A stretch of DNA of 64,000 nucleotides. It comes from Dehalococcoidia bacterium (lineage in GTDB: Bacteria > Chloroflexota > Dehalococcoidia > UBA2979). Positions 32,174-41,819 of this stretch are shown piece after piece. A program made the translations under genes and the position numbers. Where the stretch lies: NCBI GenBank assembly GCA_964291495.2, contig OZ219871.1, positions 1,592,922 through 1,656,921 of the forward strand, written 5' to 3'. Below the pieces are notes generated by a model. It was not told the origin of the DNA and ran no database searches. It saw only the letters and a list, made by a program, of their open reading frames with translations. Within the stretch, counting starts at the first letter, position 1, and each line of letters starts with the position of its first letter.

Positions 32174-34689
32174 CCGCCGACCTCGAGCGCCTCGCGGGGG
32201 TGCTCGAAGGAGAACTCCGCTCGGGCTGCCGCGACACGCTCGTCGAGGGAGGGCTCGACGAGCTGTTGCGCCGCCAGGCGCGCGACGAGCCGCCGCGCTC
32301 ACCGCTGCTGCGGATGGTCGCGGCACTCCCCGCAGCCGGGTACCGCTCGCTCGACGCCGAGGGGCGGAGGCAGTGGCTGCGCCGAGCACGCGCGACGATC
32401 GCGCAGGAACAGGCCCGCGCCTCGAATGGCTCGCCGCCGGCCCGCCCTCGCAAGCGCGCCCCGGCCGCGACTGCCGAGGGCGCCGCGCCGCGCAGCAAGC
32501 CCGCGCGCCGGAAGCCGCCGCCCGACCCGATCCCCGAGGGCGAGGCCGCCCTCGAGTGGCCGATCGCGCGCGCCGGGACGCGGCTCGGGGCGAAGAACCT
32601 GGAGCGCCTCGAACGGCTCGGCCTCGCGACCGTCGGTGACGCGCTGCGCCACTACCCGCACCGCTTCCACGACTTCTCCGTGACCGTGCCGATCGCCGCG
32701 CTGCGCGTCGGCGAGGAGCAGACGGTGCGCGGCACCGTCGACCGTGCGCGCCCGGTGCGGATGGGCCGCGGCGGCCGCATGCAGGTCTGCGAGGCGATGA
32801 TCAGCGACGAGACCGGCGCGCGGCTGCGCGTCGTCTGGTTCAACCAGCCGTGGCTCGCCTCGCAGCTCCCGGCGGGCACCGAGATCGCGCTCTCCGGGAC
32901 GGTCAAGGCCTACCGGGGCCGCCCGACGATCGACAACCCCGCCTTCGAGAAGCTTGGCGGCGAGCAGCGCGAGACGGGCCGCCTGGTGCCGGTCTACCCC
33001 TCGACGCAGGGGCTGGCGCAGCGAACGCTCCGCACGACGATCGCCGGGCTGCTCGATCGCTTTGCCGATCGGCTGCCGGAGACGCTGCCCGAGGAGCTGC
33101 GCGCGAAGCACGATCTGCCCGGCATCGTCGAGGCCACGCGGCAGATGCACTACCCCGACAGCAAGGCGGCGCTCGACGTCGCGCGGCGGCGCATCGCCTT
33201 CGACGAGCTGCTCGCGATCCAGATCGGCGTCGTGCGGCGCAAGCGCGAGTGGCGCTCGCTCGGCGACGCGCCTGCCTTCGCCGGCCGTGAGGCTATCGAG
33301 GCCTTCCTCGGAACGCTGCCGTTCGAGCTGACCAAGGCGCAGCGGGCCGCCCTTGACGCGATGCTCGAGGATCTCGCGCGGGAGCAGCCGATGGCGCGGC
33401 TGCTGCAAGGGGATGTCGGATCGGGCAAGACGGTCGTCGCCCTCGCGGCGATGATCGGCGCGGTCGCCGCGGGCCACCAGGCCGTCCTGATGGCGCCCAC
33501 CGAGGTGCTCGCCGAGCAGCACTTCCGCACGATCTGCGGCGTGCTCTCGGGCGAGCCCGAGCCGCCGCTCAACGGTGTCGTCAGCCTGCCCTTCCTGCCG
33601 CTCCCGCTCCGCGTCGTCCTGCTCACCGGCTCGACGCGCGCGAAGGAGCGCCGCGACGCCCTCGAGGCGATCCGCCACGGTGGCGCGAACCTGATCGTCG
33701 GCACGCACGCGCTGATCCAGCAGGGCGTCGAGTTCCAGCGGCTCGGCCTCGCCGTCGTCGACGAGCAGCACCGCTTCGGCGTGATGCAGCGCTCCGCGCT
33801 GCGCCAGCCCGAGCGCTCGGGCGACGAGGGCGTCGAGGCCGCCTCGACCGCGCACCTGCTGGTGATGACCGCCACGCCGATCCCGCGCTCGCTCGCGCTC
33901 ACGATCTACGGCGACCTCGATCTCACGGTGATCGACGAGCTGCCGCCCGGCCGCACGCCGATCGAGACCACGTGGCTGCCGCCGCACGACCGCGGCGAGG
34001 CCTTCGCCGCGCTGCGCGCCGAGGTCGAGGCGGGCCGCCAGGGCTTCGTGATCTGCCCGCTCGTGGAGGGCTCGGACGCCGTCGTCTCGCGCGCGGCCAC
34101 CGAGGAGTACGAGCGGCTCTGCCGCGAGCAGTTCCCGGACCTCGCGGACCGCATCGCGCTGCTGCACGGGCGCATGTCCGGCCGCGACAAGGACGCCGTG
34201 ATGCAGCGCTTCGCGCGGGGCGAGGCCTCAATCCTCGTCTCGACCGCCGTCGTGGAGGTCGGCATCGACGTGCCGAACGCGACGGTGATGCTGATCGAGG
34301 GGGCGGACCGCTTCGGACTCTCGCAGCTGCACCAGTTCCGCGGGCGTGTCGGGCGCGGCGAGCACCCCTCGACCTGCTACCTGCTGGCGGACGATCCCTC
34401 GCCCGAGGCGCAGGAGCGGCTCTCGCTGGTGGCGCGCAACCGCGACGGGTTCGCGCTCGCGCAGGCGGACCTGGAGCTGCGCGGGCCGGGCGAGCTGTTC
34501 GGCACGCGCCAGGCGGGGACGCCCTCGCTGCGCGTCGCCTCGCTGCTCGATGCGCGCCTGATCGCCACCACCCGCGTCGAGGCGGAGGCGCTGCTCGAGG
34601 CGGATCCGCAGCTCGCCGCCCCACCGCACGCCGCGCTGCGCACCCTCGTCGAGCGCGCCGAGGCGGGCCTCGTCGCGGAGGCGCACTGA
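32170..34689 (+). CDS. recG: ATP-dependent DNA helicase RecG
   Basis: RLLQGDVGSGKT, MAPTEVLAEQH, DEQHRFG, MTATPIPRSL, QLHQFRGRVGRG. Confidence 0.97.
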   Translation: MTADLERLAGVLEGELRSGCRDTLVEGGLDELLRRQARDEPPRSPLLRMVAALPAAGYRSLDAEGRRQWLRRARATIAQEQARASNGSPPARPRKRAPAATAEGAAPRSKPARRKPPPDPIPEGEAALEWPIARAGTRLGAKNLERLERLGLATVGDALRHYPHRFHDFSVTVPIAALRVGEEQTVRGTVDRARPVRMGRGGRMQVCEAMISDETGARLRVVWFNQPWLASQLPAGTEIALSGTVKAYRGRPTIDNPAFEKLGGEQRETGRLVPVYPSTQGLAQRTLRTTIAGLLDRFADRLPETLPEELRAKHDLPGIVEATRQMHYPDSKAALDVARRRIAFDELLAIQIGVVRRKREWRSLGDAPAFAGREAIEAFLGTLPFELTKAQRAALDAMLEDLAREQPMARLLQGDVGSGKTVVALAAMIGAVAAGHQAVLMAPTEVLAEQHFRTICGVLSGEPEPPLNGVVSLPFLPLPLRVVLLTGSTRAKERRDALEAIRHGGANLIVGTHALIQQGVEFQRLGLAVVDEQHRFGVMQRSALRQPERSGDEGVEAASTAHLLVMTATPIPRSLALTIYGDLDLTVIDELPPGRTPIETTWLPPHDRGEAFAALRAEVEAGRQGFVICPLVEGSDAVVSRAATEEYERLCREQFPDLADRIALLHGRMSGRDKDAVMQRFARGEASILVSTAVVEVGIDVPNATVMLIEGADRFGLSQLHQFRGRVGRGEHPSTCYLLADDPSPEAQERLSLVARNRDGFALAQADLELRGPGELFGTRQAGTPSLRVASLLDARLIATTRVEAEALLEADPQLAAPPHAALRTLVERAEAGLVAEAH

Positions 34690-34730
34690 CGGTGGCCGCA
34701 GCTCGCGGACGGTAGCGGAGCGCATCCCTC

Positions 34731-35062
34731 CGGTCCCCTCTCCCCGAGGGAGAGGGTCAGGGTGAGGGAGGATCCGCCCGCTGGAGTTCGTTGCGCCGTC
34801 GGGGCTTTCGATGGGGCGCGGGAGTCCTCCCCCTCACCCCCGCCCTCTCCCCAGGGAGAGGGGGCCGGATCGCTCATGGGCGGTTCCCCAACCCCGTCAT
34901 TCCGGCGAAAGCCGGAATCCAGCCGAGCCGCGCAGCGCGCTCGTCCGACGCCCGTAGGGCAGGAGCTCACGGGGGCGCAACAACCGATCGAGGTGGGGAG
35001 CATCCGCGGGCGAGCCCCCTCACCCCCCACCCTCTCCCCAGGGAGAGGCGGCCGGATCGCTC
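34731..35062. repeat. Mosaic REP-like repeat cluster R4
   Basis: Three CCCTCTCCC..GGGAGAGG modules and GTCATTCCGGCGAAAGCCGGAATCCAG at 34896-34922; between convergent genes. Confidence 0.9.
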
Positions 35063-35077
35063 ATGCGCGGTTGCCCC

Positions 35078-36493
35078 CTACCCCCCGTTGGCGCGCGAGG
35101 CGTACCAGCTGCGGGCGGCGGCGAGGGCGCGCGCGCCGCGATCGTAGCTCTCGAAGCTGGCGATGCCCTGCTCGGCGAGCATCCCGGAGATCTCGCGGAT
35201 CGCCTCGGCGTGGGCCAGCGGCTTGGGCGAGTGAAGCAGCGCGATGTGCGGCTTCGCGGAGCGCTCCTTCGAGCGCACCAGCGCCTCCACCAGCTCCTCC
35301 AGCAGCTCGCGGTCCGGGTCGTCCTGGGGCCGCGGGCGGATCTGCATCACGACCGCGTCGATGTTCGTGTCGCGGTCGAGGATGCCGAAGATCTGCTCCA
35401 GCTCGGTGCGGTTCGAGCCCATGTCGATCGGGTTGCGGAAGCTCGCGCCGACGAGGCTGAACCACTCCTCGAGCTGCGCGTAGGACTCGTCCGTCAGCGT
35501 CGGCACGCGCAGCCCGGCCGTGGAGAAGGCGTCCGCCATCGCCACCGACTGCCCGCCGGATCCGCCCGCGATGCCGACGCCGTCGCCCGTGAAGGGCGAG
35601 ATCAGCGTCAGCGCCTTGAGGATGTCGACCAGTTCGGTGAGGTTGCGCGCCTGCAGCGCGCCCGCTTGGCGGCAGGCGGCGTCCCAGACCTCCGTCGACC
35701 CGGCCAGCGAGGCGGTGTGCGAGCGCGTGGCGCGCCCGCCATCCTCGGTGCGGCCGCCCTTCCAGAGCACCACGGGCTTGTGGCGCGTCGTCTCGCGCAG
35801 CGTGCGGAAGAAGCGCGGCCCGTCCTGCAGGCCCTCGACGTACATCGCGAGGATGTCGGTGTTGGGGTCGCCGGCGAAGTACTCGAGGTAGTCGGCGTTC
35901 TCCAGCACGATGCCGTTGCCGAAGCTGACGGCCTTGCCGAGCAGGACGCCGGCGTCGTGGGAGGCCTCGATCAGGTCGCCGGTGTGCGCGCCGCTCTGCG
36001 CGGCGAAGCTGATCCGGCCCTCGAAGCCCGAGGGCTGGTTGGGGCCGAAGCGCACGCCGACCCCGGGGTTGTAGAGGCCCATGCAGTTCGGCCCGATCAG
36101 CGCGAGGCCGGAGTCGCGCGCCAGCTCGGTGAGCGTCGCCTGCAACTCGACGCCGTCCGCGGTGTCGGTCTCGGAGAAGCCCGAGGTGAAGAACGCCGCC
36201 CCCGCCACGTCCTTCTCGACGCAGTGCCGCAGGATGAACGGGGCGACGTTGCGCGGCACGGCGACGAGCACGAAGTCGATCTCGTCGGGGATCTCGAGGA
36301 GGCTCGAGTAGTTGGGGATGCCCATCTCCTCGATGTTCGGGATCTCGTTGGGGTCGACCTGCACGGAGTAGACGGGGCCCTGGAAGGTCTCCATGCTCTT
36401 CAGCCAGCGGTAGTTGCGGATCTTGGCGTCGCCGACCACCGCGACGGTGCGCGGATTGATCGTGCGGTCCAGCCGTTCGCGTTCGACCCTCAT
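35078..36493 (-). CDS. Acyl-CoA synthetase (NDP-forming) alpha-type CoA-binding protein
   Basis: P.TVAVVG, GF.E, IGPNCMG, QSGA, SFGN, KGG.T..G.RA..SHTASLAG, NPID; no ATP-grasp domain. Confidence 0.85.
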   Translation of the reverse strand: MRVERERLDRTINPRTVAVVGDAKIRNYRWLKSMETFQGPVYSVQVDPNEIPNIEEMGIPNYSSLLEIPDEIDFVLVAVPRNVAPFILRHCVEKDVAGAAFFTSGFSETDTADGVELQATLTELARDSGLALIGPNCMGLYNPGVGVRFGPNQPSGFEGRISFAAQSGAHTGDLIEASHDAGVLLGKAVSFGNGIVLENADYLEYFAGDPNTDILAMYVEGLQDGPRFFRTLRETTRHKPVVLWKGGRTEDGGRATRSHTASLAGSTEVWDAACRQAGALQARNLTELVDILKALTLISPFTGDGVGIAGGSGGQSVAMADAFSTAGLRVPTLTDESYAQLEEWFSLVGASFRNPIDMGSNRTELEQIFGILDRDTNIDAVVMQIRPRPQDDPDRELLEELVEALVRSKERSAKPHIALLHSPKPLAHAEAIREISGMLAEQGIASFESYDRGARALAAARSWYASRANGG

Positions 36494-36497
36494 GCCT

Positions 36498-37400
36498 CTA
36501 CCTCCCTGCGTCGGCCGCCGCCGCCGCGCGCTTCGCCCGGTCGGCCTCGCCGATCGCCCTCATCTTCGCCAGCACCTCGGACCCGTCGGCCGGCACGATG
36601 CCGGACAGGTAACGGTCGAGGAACAGCGCCCCGGTGTTCATGCCATGGCGGCCCATCGTTCGCGAGAGATCGAACGAGTGCGGCTGCCCGGCGAGGATCA
36701 GCAGCTCCGTCGCTACGCCCGCCTCGCGCAGCGCCTCGTACATCAGCGTGCTCTGCTCCACGGGGACGGTCGCGTCGTCCGAGCCGTGGATCAGCGCCGT
36801 CGGCGGGTACGCCCCCGTGACGTAGCTGAGCGGGCTGGCGGCGTCGATCTGCTCGCCTGTGGGGTGCTCGCCGAGCAGGACGTCGATCGGGCTGAAGCCG
36901 TCCTCCGAGCGCCACAGCCGCGCCGGCCCGTAGTAGGCGACGACGGTCGCGACGTCGGTGCCCGCGCCGGGGTTACCGCCCTCGCCCTCCCAGGCCGGGT
37001 CGTTCTGCGTGCCGCCGGCGAAGAGCGCGAGGTGCGCGCCGGCCGAGTGCCCCCAGACGGCGATGCGCTCGCGGTTGATGTCGAGCTCGTCGGCGCTGGC
37101 GCGCATCCAGCGTAGCGCCGTCTTGATGTCGTGGATCTGCGCGGGCCAGGCAGCCTCCGACACGAGGCGGTACTCGCAGGTGACGCAGAGGTAGCCGCGC
37201 CGCCCGAGCATCAGCCCGTACCACTTGAGCTGCTCGCGATCGCCCATCTGGAAGCCGCCACCGTGGATCAGCAGCACCGCCGGCCGCGTCTCGATGTGCG
37301 CGGGCGGTCGGTAGATGTCGACGAGCAGCTCGCGATCGCCGCCGTGGCCGACCGGCACGGCCTCCTCGATCGTGACCAGGCCCTCGCTGGATTCGCTCAC
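36498..37400 (-). CDS. Alpha/beta hydrolase (HSL/BD-FAE-like esterase)
   Basis: HGGGF, EYRL, GHSAG, HGSDD.TVP, His near C-terminus; GTG start at 37400 inferred. Confidence 0.85.
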   Translation of the reverse strand: MSESSEGLVTIEEAVPVGHGGDRELLVDIYRPPAHIETRPAVLLIHGGGFQMGDREQLKWYGLMLGRRGYLCVTCEYRLVSEAAWPAQIHDIKTALRWMRASADELDINRERIAVWGHSAGAHLALFAGGTQNDPAWEGEGGNPGAGTDVATVVAYYGPARLWRSEDGFSPIDVLLGEHPTGEQIDAASPLSYVTGAYPPTALIHGSDDATVPVEQSTLMYEALREAGVATELLILAGQPHSFDLSRTMGRHGMNTGALFLDRYLSGIVPADGSEVLAKMRAIGEADRAKRAAAAADAGR

Positions 37401-37516
37401 GTAGCGGCCTTCCCATCGACCCGGCGGCACGGCGTCCGCGCCGGCGGTCAGGCTACAGCATGGCGGGCTGGCGGGGCATGGCTGGCATGATGTGCGGGCG
37501 GGTGAGGAGGACGGCG

Positions 37517-38104
37517 ATGACGCAGCAGGGGAGTGAAGCGCCTCGACGCGACGTGCTGTCCTCGTTCTGGTCGCCGCTCTGCGCGATCGGCGCGCGCGGC
37601 CTCGGGGCGGGCGCGCCGCCCGGGGCAGTACTGAACGCACAGATCTGCGTCTCCGTCTTCGGCGCCTCGATCGTGCCGGAGCGGCCGCGCGTGCTCGTCT
37701 CGCTCTCGAAGACGAACTACACGCACGAGCTGGTGATCGCCTCGGGCACGCTCTCCGTCACCGCGCTCGCGGCCGGGCAGCTTCCGTTGCTCGAGCCGCT
37801 CGGCCTGCGATCCGGTCGCGACGGCGACAAGCTCGCCGGCCTCGAGGTCGCGCTGACCGAGGCCGGCGACCCGTGGTTCCCCGGCTGCGTCGGCTACCTC
37901 GGTTGCGAGGTGATCGAGCGCCACGACCTCGGCGACGCGACGGCCTTCCTCTGTGCCGTGCGCGAGCGCGAGACGCTGAGCGCGGAGCCGGCGCTGCGCT
38001 GGCCGGACGCGCAGCAGGTCGTGGGGGCGGAGTTCCTGGAGCGCTGGGCGGAGAAGAGCCGCCGCGAGCAGGCCGCCGCGCGCGCCTCGATGCGCTGGGT
38101 GTAG
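37517..38104 (+). CDS. Flavin reductase-like (split-barrel) protein
   Basis: AS..PE.PRV.VSL.K.NYTHEL, GLRSGRDGDK, CEV...D.GD. Confidence 0.75.
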   Translation: MTQQGSEAPRRDVLSSFWSPLCAIGARGLGAGAPPGAVLNAQICVSVFGASIVPERPRVLVSLSKTNYTHELVIASGTLSVTALAAGQLPLLEPLGLRSGRDGDKLAGLEVALTEAGDPWFPGCVGYLGCEVIERHDLGDATAFLCAVRERETLSAEPALRWPDAQQVVGAEFLERWAEKSRREQAAARASMRWV

Positions 38105-38127
38105 GCGTCGGCGCGGGCGCGAGCCGC

Positions 38128-38649
38128 TCAGCCTCCGAACAGGCGGCCTATGAGGTCGGAGCGGTCGATGTTGGCGACGTGCGTGACGAACTCATCCTGA
38201 AGCTTGTACGCGATCACCAGCACCCAGATCACGACCGCGTGCCGAGCGAAGAACGCGGGCGCAGCGTCCCGCTTGAAGAACAGGATCGTGGCGTAGACGA
38301 GGAACAGCGGCTCGAGGAAGTTCGGGAACAGGAAGAACACGATCTCGTTGCTCGTGATGAAGAACAGCGCTTGCCCGACCGTACGCAGCGCGAACAGGGC
38401 GATGACGGCTCGACGCAGCGGCCACTTCCACGCCGCGACCACCATGCAGACATAGGTCACGTAGTCCGCCGACTTGTCGACGTTCTGGTACACGGGGTCG
38501 GAGAGCCCGAGCGGGATCAGGAGATCGCCGTCCAGGGAGTCGAGGACGAAGTTGGCCCACCCGGCGAGGAACGGGAACGGGATGAGCAGCAAGGGCAGCA
38601 AGTACTTGGCCACGACGATCAGTACGGAGTCGACGCTGGACTCAGCCAT
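38128..38649 (-). CDS. Hypothetical membrane protein with degenerate CDP-alcohol phosphotransferase-like motif
   Basis: Hydrophobic, several TM segments; DSLDG...DKSAD. Confidence 0.65.
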   Translation of the reverse strand: MAESSVDSVLIVVAKYLLPLLLIPFPFLAGWANFVLDSLDGDLLIPLGLSDPVYQNVDKSADYVTYVCMVVAAWKWPLRRAVIALFALRTVGQALFFITSNEIVFFLFPNFLEPLFLVYATILFFKRDAAPAFFARHAVVIWVLVIAYKLQDEFVTHVANIDRSDLIGRLFGG

Positions 38650-38869
38650 GGTCGCCTCGACTGCAACACGGGCAGCTACGCGGTCTGTGCACTTGAGGGG
38701 ACGCTACCATGCCCGCTCCCGGCCACCAATCCGCCGGTCCTCCGCAGTTCACTCAGGCAACGCGCCGCCCGCGCGCTGCGAGGCGTCGCTCAGGCGCGCG
38801 GCGCGGTATCATGCGCGGGAACAGGCAGACGACGCGCCTTCCGGGGCGCGCTATGTGAAGGAGTACAGC

Positions 38870-41161
38870 GTGGTCGCGACCGAGCGAAACAAGGTCATCG
38901 GCACCCGGCCGGTACGCCCGGACGGCGCGGACAAGGTCACCGGACGGGCCGAGTACGGCGCGGACGTGCGCCTGCCCCGCATGCTCTACGGCCGCGTGCT
39001 GCGCAGCCCGCACGCGCACGCCCGCATCCTCAGCATCGACGCCTCGAAGGCGCTCGCCCTCGAGGGCGTGCACGCCGTCGTCACCAACGAGGACTTCCCG
39101 CGGCTCGGCGACGACCTCGTCGACCTCGGCGAGACGTTCGCGCCGTTCAAGTACATCCGCGACAACGTGCTCGCCTCGGACAAGGCGCTCTACGCCGGAC
39201 ACGCGGTCGCCGCCGTCTGCGCCAGCGACCCGCACATCGCCGAGGACGCGCTCGCGCTGATCGAGGTGGAGTACGAGCCGCTCGGCACGGTGCTGAGCGT
39301 CCACGAGGCGATGGCGGACGGCGCGCCGCTCGTGCACGAGCACATGCACACCACGGAGATGGCCGCCCGCTTCGTGCCCAGCGACAACCGCTCCGAGGAC
39401 TCTTCGAACGTCGCCAGCCACCTGCGCTTCGAGCTGGGCGACGTCGAGCAGGGCTTCGCCGAGGCCGACATCGTCCTCGAGCGTGAGTTCGAGACCTCGA
39501 TGGCGCACCAGGGCTACATCGAGCCGCACAACGGCACGGCGTTCTGGAACAACGACGGCGAGATCACGGTCTGGGTCAGCACGCAGGGCCCGTTCGCCGT
39601 GCGCATGCAGGTCGCCAAGCTGTGCGACGTGCCGGTCTCGAAGGTGAAGGTCGTCCCGATGGAGATCGGCGGCGGCTTCGGCGGCAAGATCAATACCTAC
39701 ATGGAGCCGATGGCCGCGATCCTCTCGAAGAAGACCGGACGCCCGGTGAAGATGATCATGACGCGCGAGGAGGTGCTGATCGGCACCGGGCCGACCTCGG
39801 CCACCTACGTGCGCTGCAAGATCGGCGCGAAGCGCGACGGCACGATCGTCGCCGGCGAGGCCTATCTCGCCTACGAGGCCGGCGCCTTCCCCGGCTCGCC
39901 CGTCGGCGCGGGCGCGGGCTGCATGTTCTCCTCGTACGACATCCCGAACCTGGTCACCGACGCCTACGACGTGATCACGAACAAGCCGAAGGTTTCCGCC
40001 TACCGCGCGCCCGGCTCGCCGCAGGGCACCTACGCCGTGGAGTCGCTCATCGACGAGCTGGCGGAGCGCCTCGAGCTGGAGCCGATGGAGCTGCGGCTCA
40101 AGAACGCCGCCAGCCAGGGCTCGCGCCGCGTCGATGGCGTCGCGCAGGGCCGGATCGGCTCCGAGGAGGTGATGCGGGCAGCGATGGAGAGCCCGCACTA
40201 CCGCTCCGAGCTGCAGGGCAAGAACCAGGGCCGCGGCGTCTCGATGGGCTTCTGGCACAACGCCGGGATGGAGTCGAGCGCCTACGGCTCGCTCAACGCC
40301 GACGGCACGGCCAGCCTCGTGCTCGGCTCGGTCGACATCGGCGGGCAGCGCGCGGCGCTGGCGATGCAGTTCGCCGAGACGCTCGGCATCAGCTACGAGC
40401 AGGTCAAGCCGCTGGTCGTCGACACCGACTCGGTCGGCTTCAACGGCGTCACCGGCGGCAGCCGCACCACCTTCGCGACCGGCTGGGCCGTGTACGAGGC
40501 GGCGATGGACGTCCGCCGCCAGCTCGAGGAGCGCGCCGCGCAGATCTGGGAGGTCGACCGCGACGACGTCAGCTACGGCGACGACGGCGTGCTGCGCGGC
40601 CCCGCCGGCGATGACGGCGAGGCGCGCTCGATGACCTTCGCCGAGATCTGCGGGAAGCTCGGCGGCAGCGGCGGCATGATCCAGGGCCGCGCCGACGTGG
40701 CGCCCACCACCGTCGGGGCCGCCTTCGGCTGCCACATCGTGGACGTCGAGGTGGACCCGGAGACGGGCAAGGTGGACGTGCTGCGCTACACGGCCGTGCA
40801 GGACGTGGGCACCGCGATCCACCCCTCGTACGTCGAGGGGCAGATCCAGGGCGGGGCCGCGCAGGGCGCGGGCATGGCGCTGACGGAGGAGTACTTCTAC
40901 CGCGAGGATGGGAGCATGGCGAACTCGAGCCTGCTCGACTACCGCATGCCGACGGCGCTCGACCTGCCGGAGATCGAGACGATCCTCGTCGAGGTTCCGA
41001 ACCCCGGGCACCCCTACGGCGTGCGCGGGGTCGGCGAGGTGCCGATCGTGCCGCCGCTGGCGGCGGTCGCGAACGCGATCCACGACGCCACCGACCTGCG
41101 CATCACCTCGCTCCCGGCGTCGCCGCGAGCGCTGCTTGAGCAGCTGCAACCGGAGGAGTAG
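38870..41161 (+). CDS. Xanthine dehydrogenase/CoxL-family molybdopterin-binding subunit
   Basis: DKVTGRA.Y..D, RSPHAHA, IGGGFGGK, AYRAPG, VEGQIQGG, GVGE; AAGGAG RBS before GTG 38870. Confidence 0.92.
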   Translation: MVATERNKVIGTRPVRPDGADKVTGRAEYGADVRLPRMLYGRVLRSPHAHARILSIDASKALALEGVHAVVTNEDFPRLGDDLVDLGETFAPFKYIRDNVLASDKALYAGHAVAAVCASDPHIAEDALALIEVEYEPLGTVLSVHEAMADGAPLVHEHMHTTEMAARFVPSDNRSEDSSNVASHLRFELGDVEQGFAEADIVLEREFETSMAHQGYIEPHNGTAFWNNDGEITVWVSTQGPFAVRMQVAKLCDVPVSKVKVVPMEIGGGFGGKINTYMEPMAAILSKKTGRPVKMIMTREEVLIGTGPTSATYVRCKIGAKRDGTIVAGEAYLAYEAGAFPGSPVGAGAGCMFSSYDIPNLVTDAYDVITNKPKVSAYRAPGSPQGTYAVESLIDELAERLELEPMELRLKNAASQGSRRVDGVAQGRIGSEEVMRAAMESPHYRSELQGKNQGRGVSMGFWHNAGMESSAYGSLNADGTASLVLGSVDIGGQRAALAMQFAETLGISYEQVKPLVVDTDSVGFNGVTGGSRTTFATGWAVYEAAMDVRRQLEERAAQIWEVDRDDVSYGDDGVLRGPAGDDGEARSMTFAEICGKLGGSGGMIQGRADVAPTTVGAAFGCHIVDVEVDPETGKVDVLRYTAVQDVGTAIHPSYVEGQIQGGAAQGAGMALTEEYFYREDGSMANSSLLDYRMPTALDLPEIETILVEVPNPGHPYGVRGVGEVPIVPPLAAVANAIHDATDLRITSLPASPRALLEQLQPEE

Positions 41162-41218
41162 CCGCGGAAGCGGAAGCAACAACGCAGCGGGCCGCCATGG
41201 GGCGGCCCGCTCGCTGTC

Positions 41219-41700
41219 CGACCCCCTCTCCCCGCGGGAGAGGGCGGGGGTGAGGGAGGCGCAGGCCGGACGAGCAGGCGCTGCGCGCCGCTCGGGCCCA
41301 CCCACCCGCCCTCAATGGATGCGGGGCTGCGCCCCGCGCCCGCTTCGTGGGGGCCCCACACCCCCACCCGGAACCATCGAGGGCGCACAACCCATCGAGG
41401 CATGGAGCAGCCGCGGGCGAGCCCCCTCACCCCAACCCTCTCCCCCAGGAGAGGGGGCCGGATCGAGGGCGCCCCCACCTCGGGAAGGCTGTCCGGCCCC
41501 CTCGAGGGCGTCCGCTCCGGCTCCCTCCCCCCTGGCGGGGGAGGGCGGGGGGTGAGGGGGAGCGCGCCCCCGGCGCGCCCTCCGGCTCCGCCGGAGTCCC
41601 CCTCACCCTAACCCTCTCCCGCCGGGGGAGAGGGGATCGGAGGCGCACCCAACCTCCGAGGGCGGATCCGGCCTCTCTCCCCCAGGAGAGGGGGCCGGAC
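41219..41700. repeat. Mosaic REP-like repeat cluster R5 (largest)
   Basis: Five CCCTC..GAGGG hairpin modules, GGGGCTGCGCCCC module and shared linkers; 41300-41375 resembles 59164-59240. Confidence 0.9.
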
Positions 41701-41819
41701 CGAGCGCGCCCCGGCGTGCCCTCCGGCGTCGCCCACGCGCGCGGTTTGACGCGCCCGGCGAGGCGTGACCATCATCGCGGCCCCGCCCGCGCGGCGGGGC
41801 GCGACCGCCGGGAGCGCCG

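Noticed and set aside
38650-38869. Moco riboswitch or other ncRNA upstream of the molybdo-enzyme
   Set aside because: No recognisable consensus by eye; an Rfam scan would be needed
41219-41700. Repeat clusters as a possible CRISPR array
   Set aside because: Units vary in length and orientation, spacers are themselves repeated, and no cas genes are present
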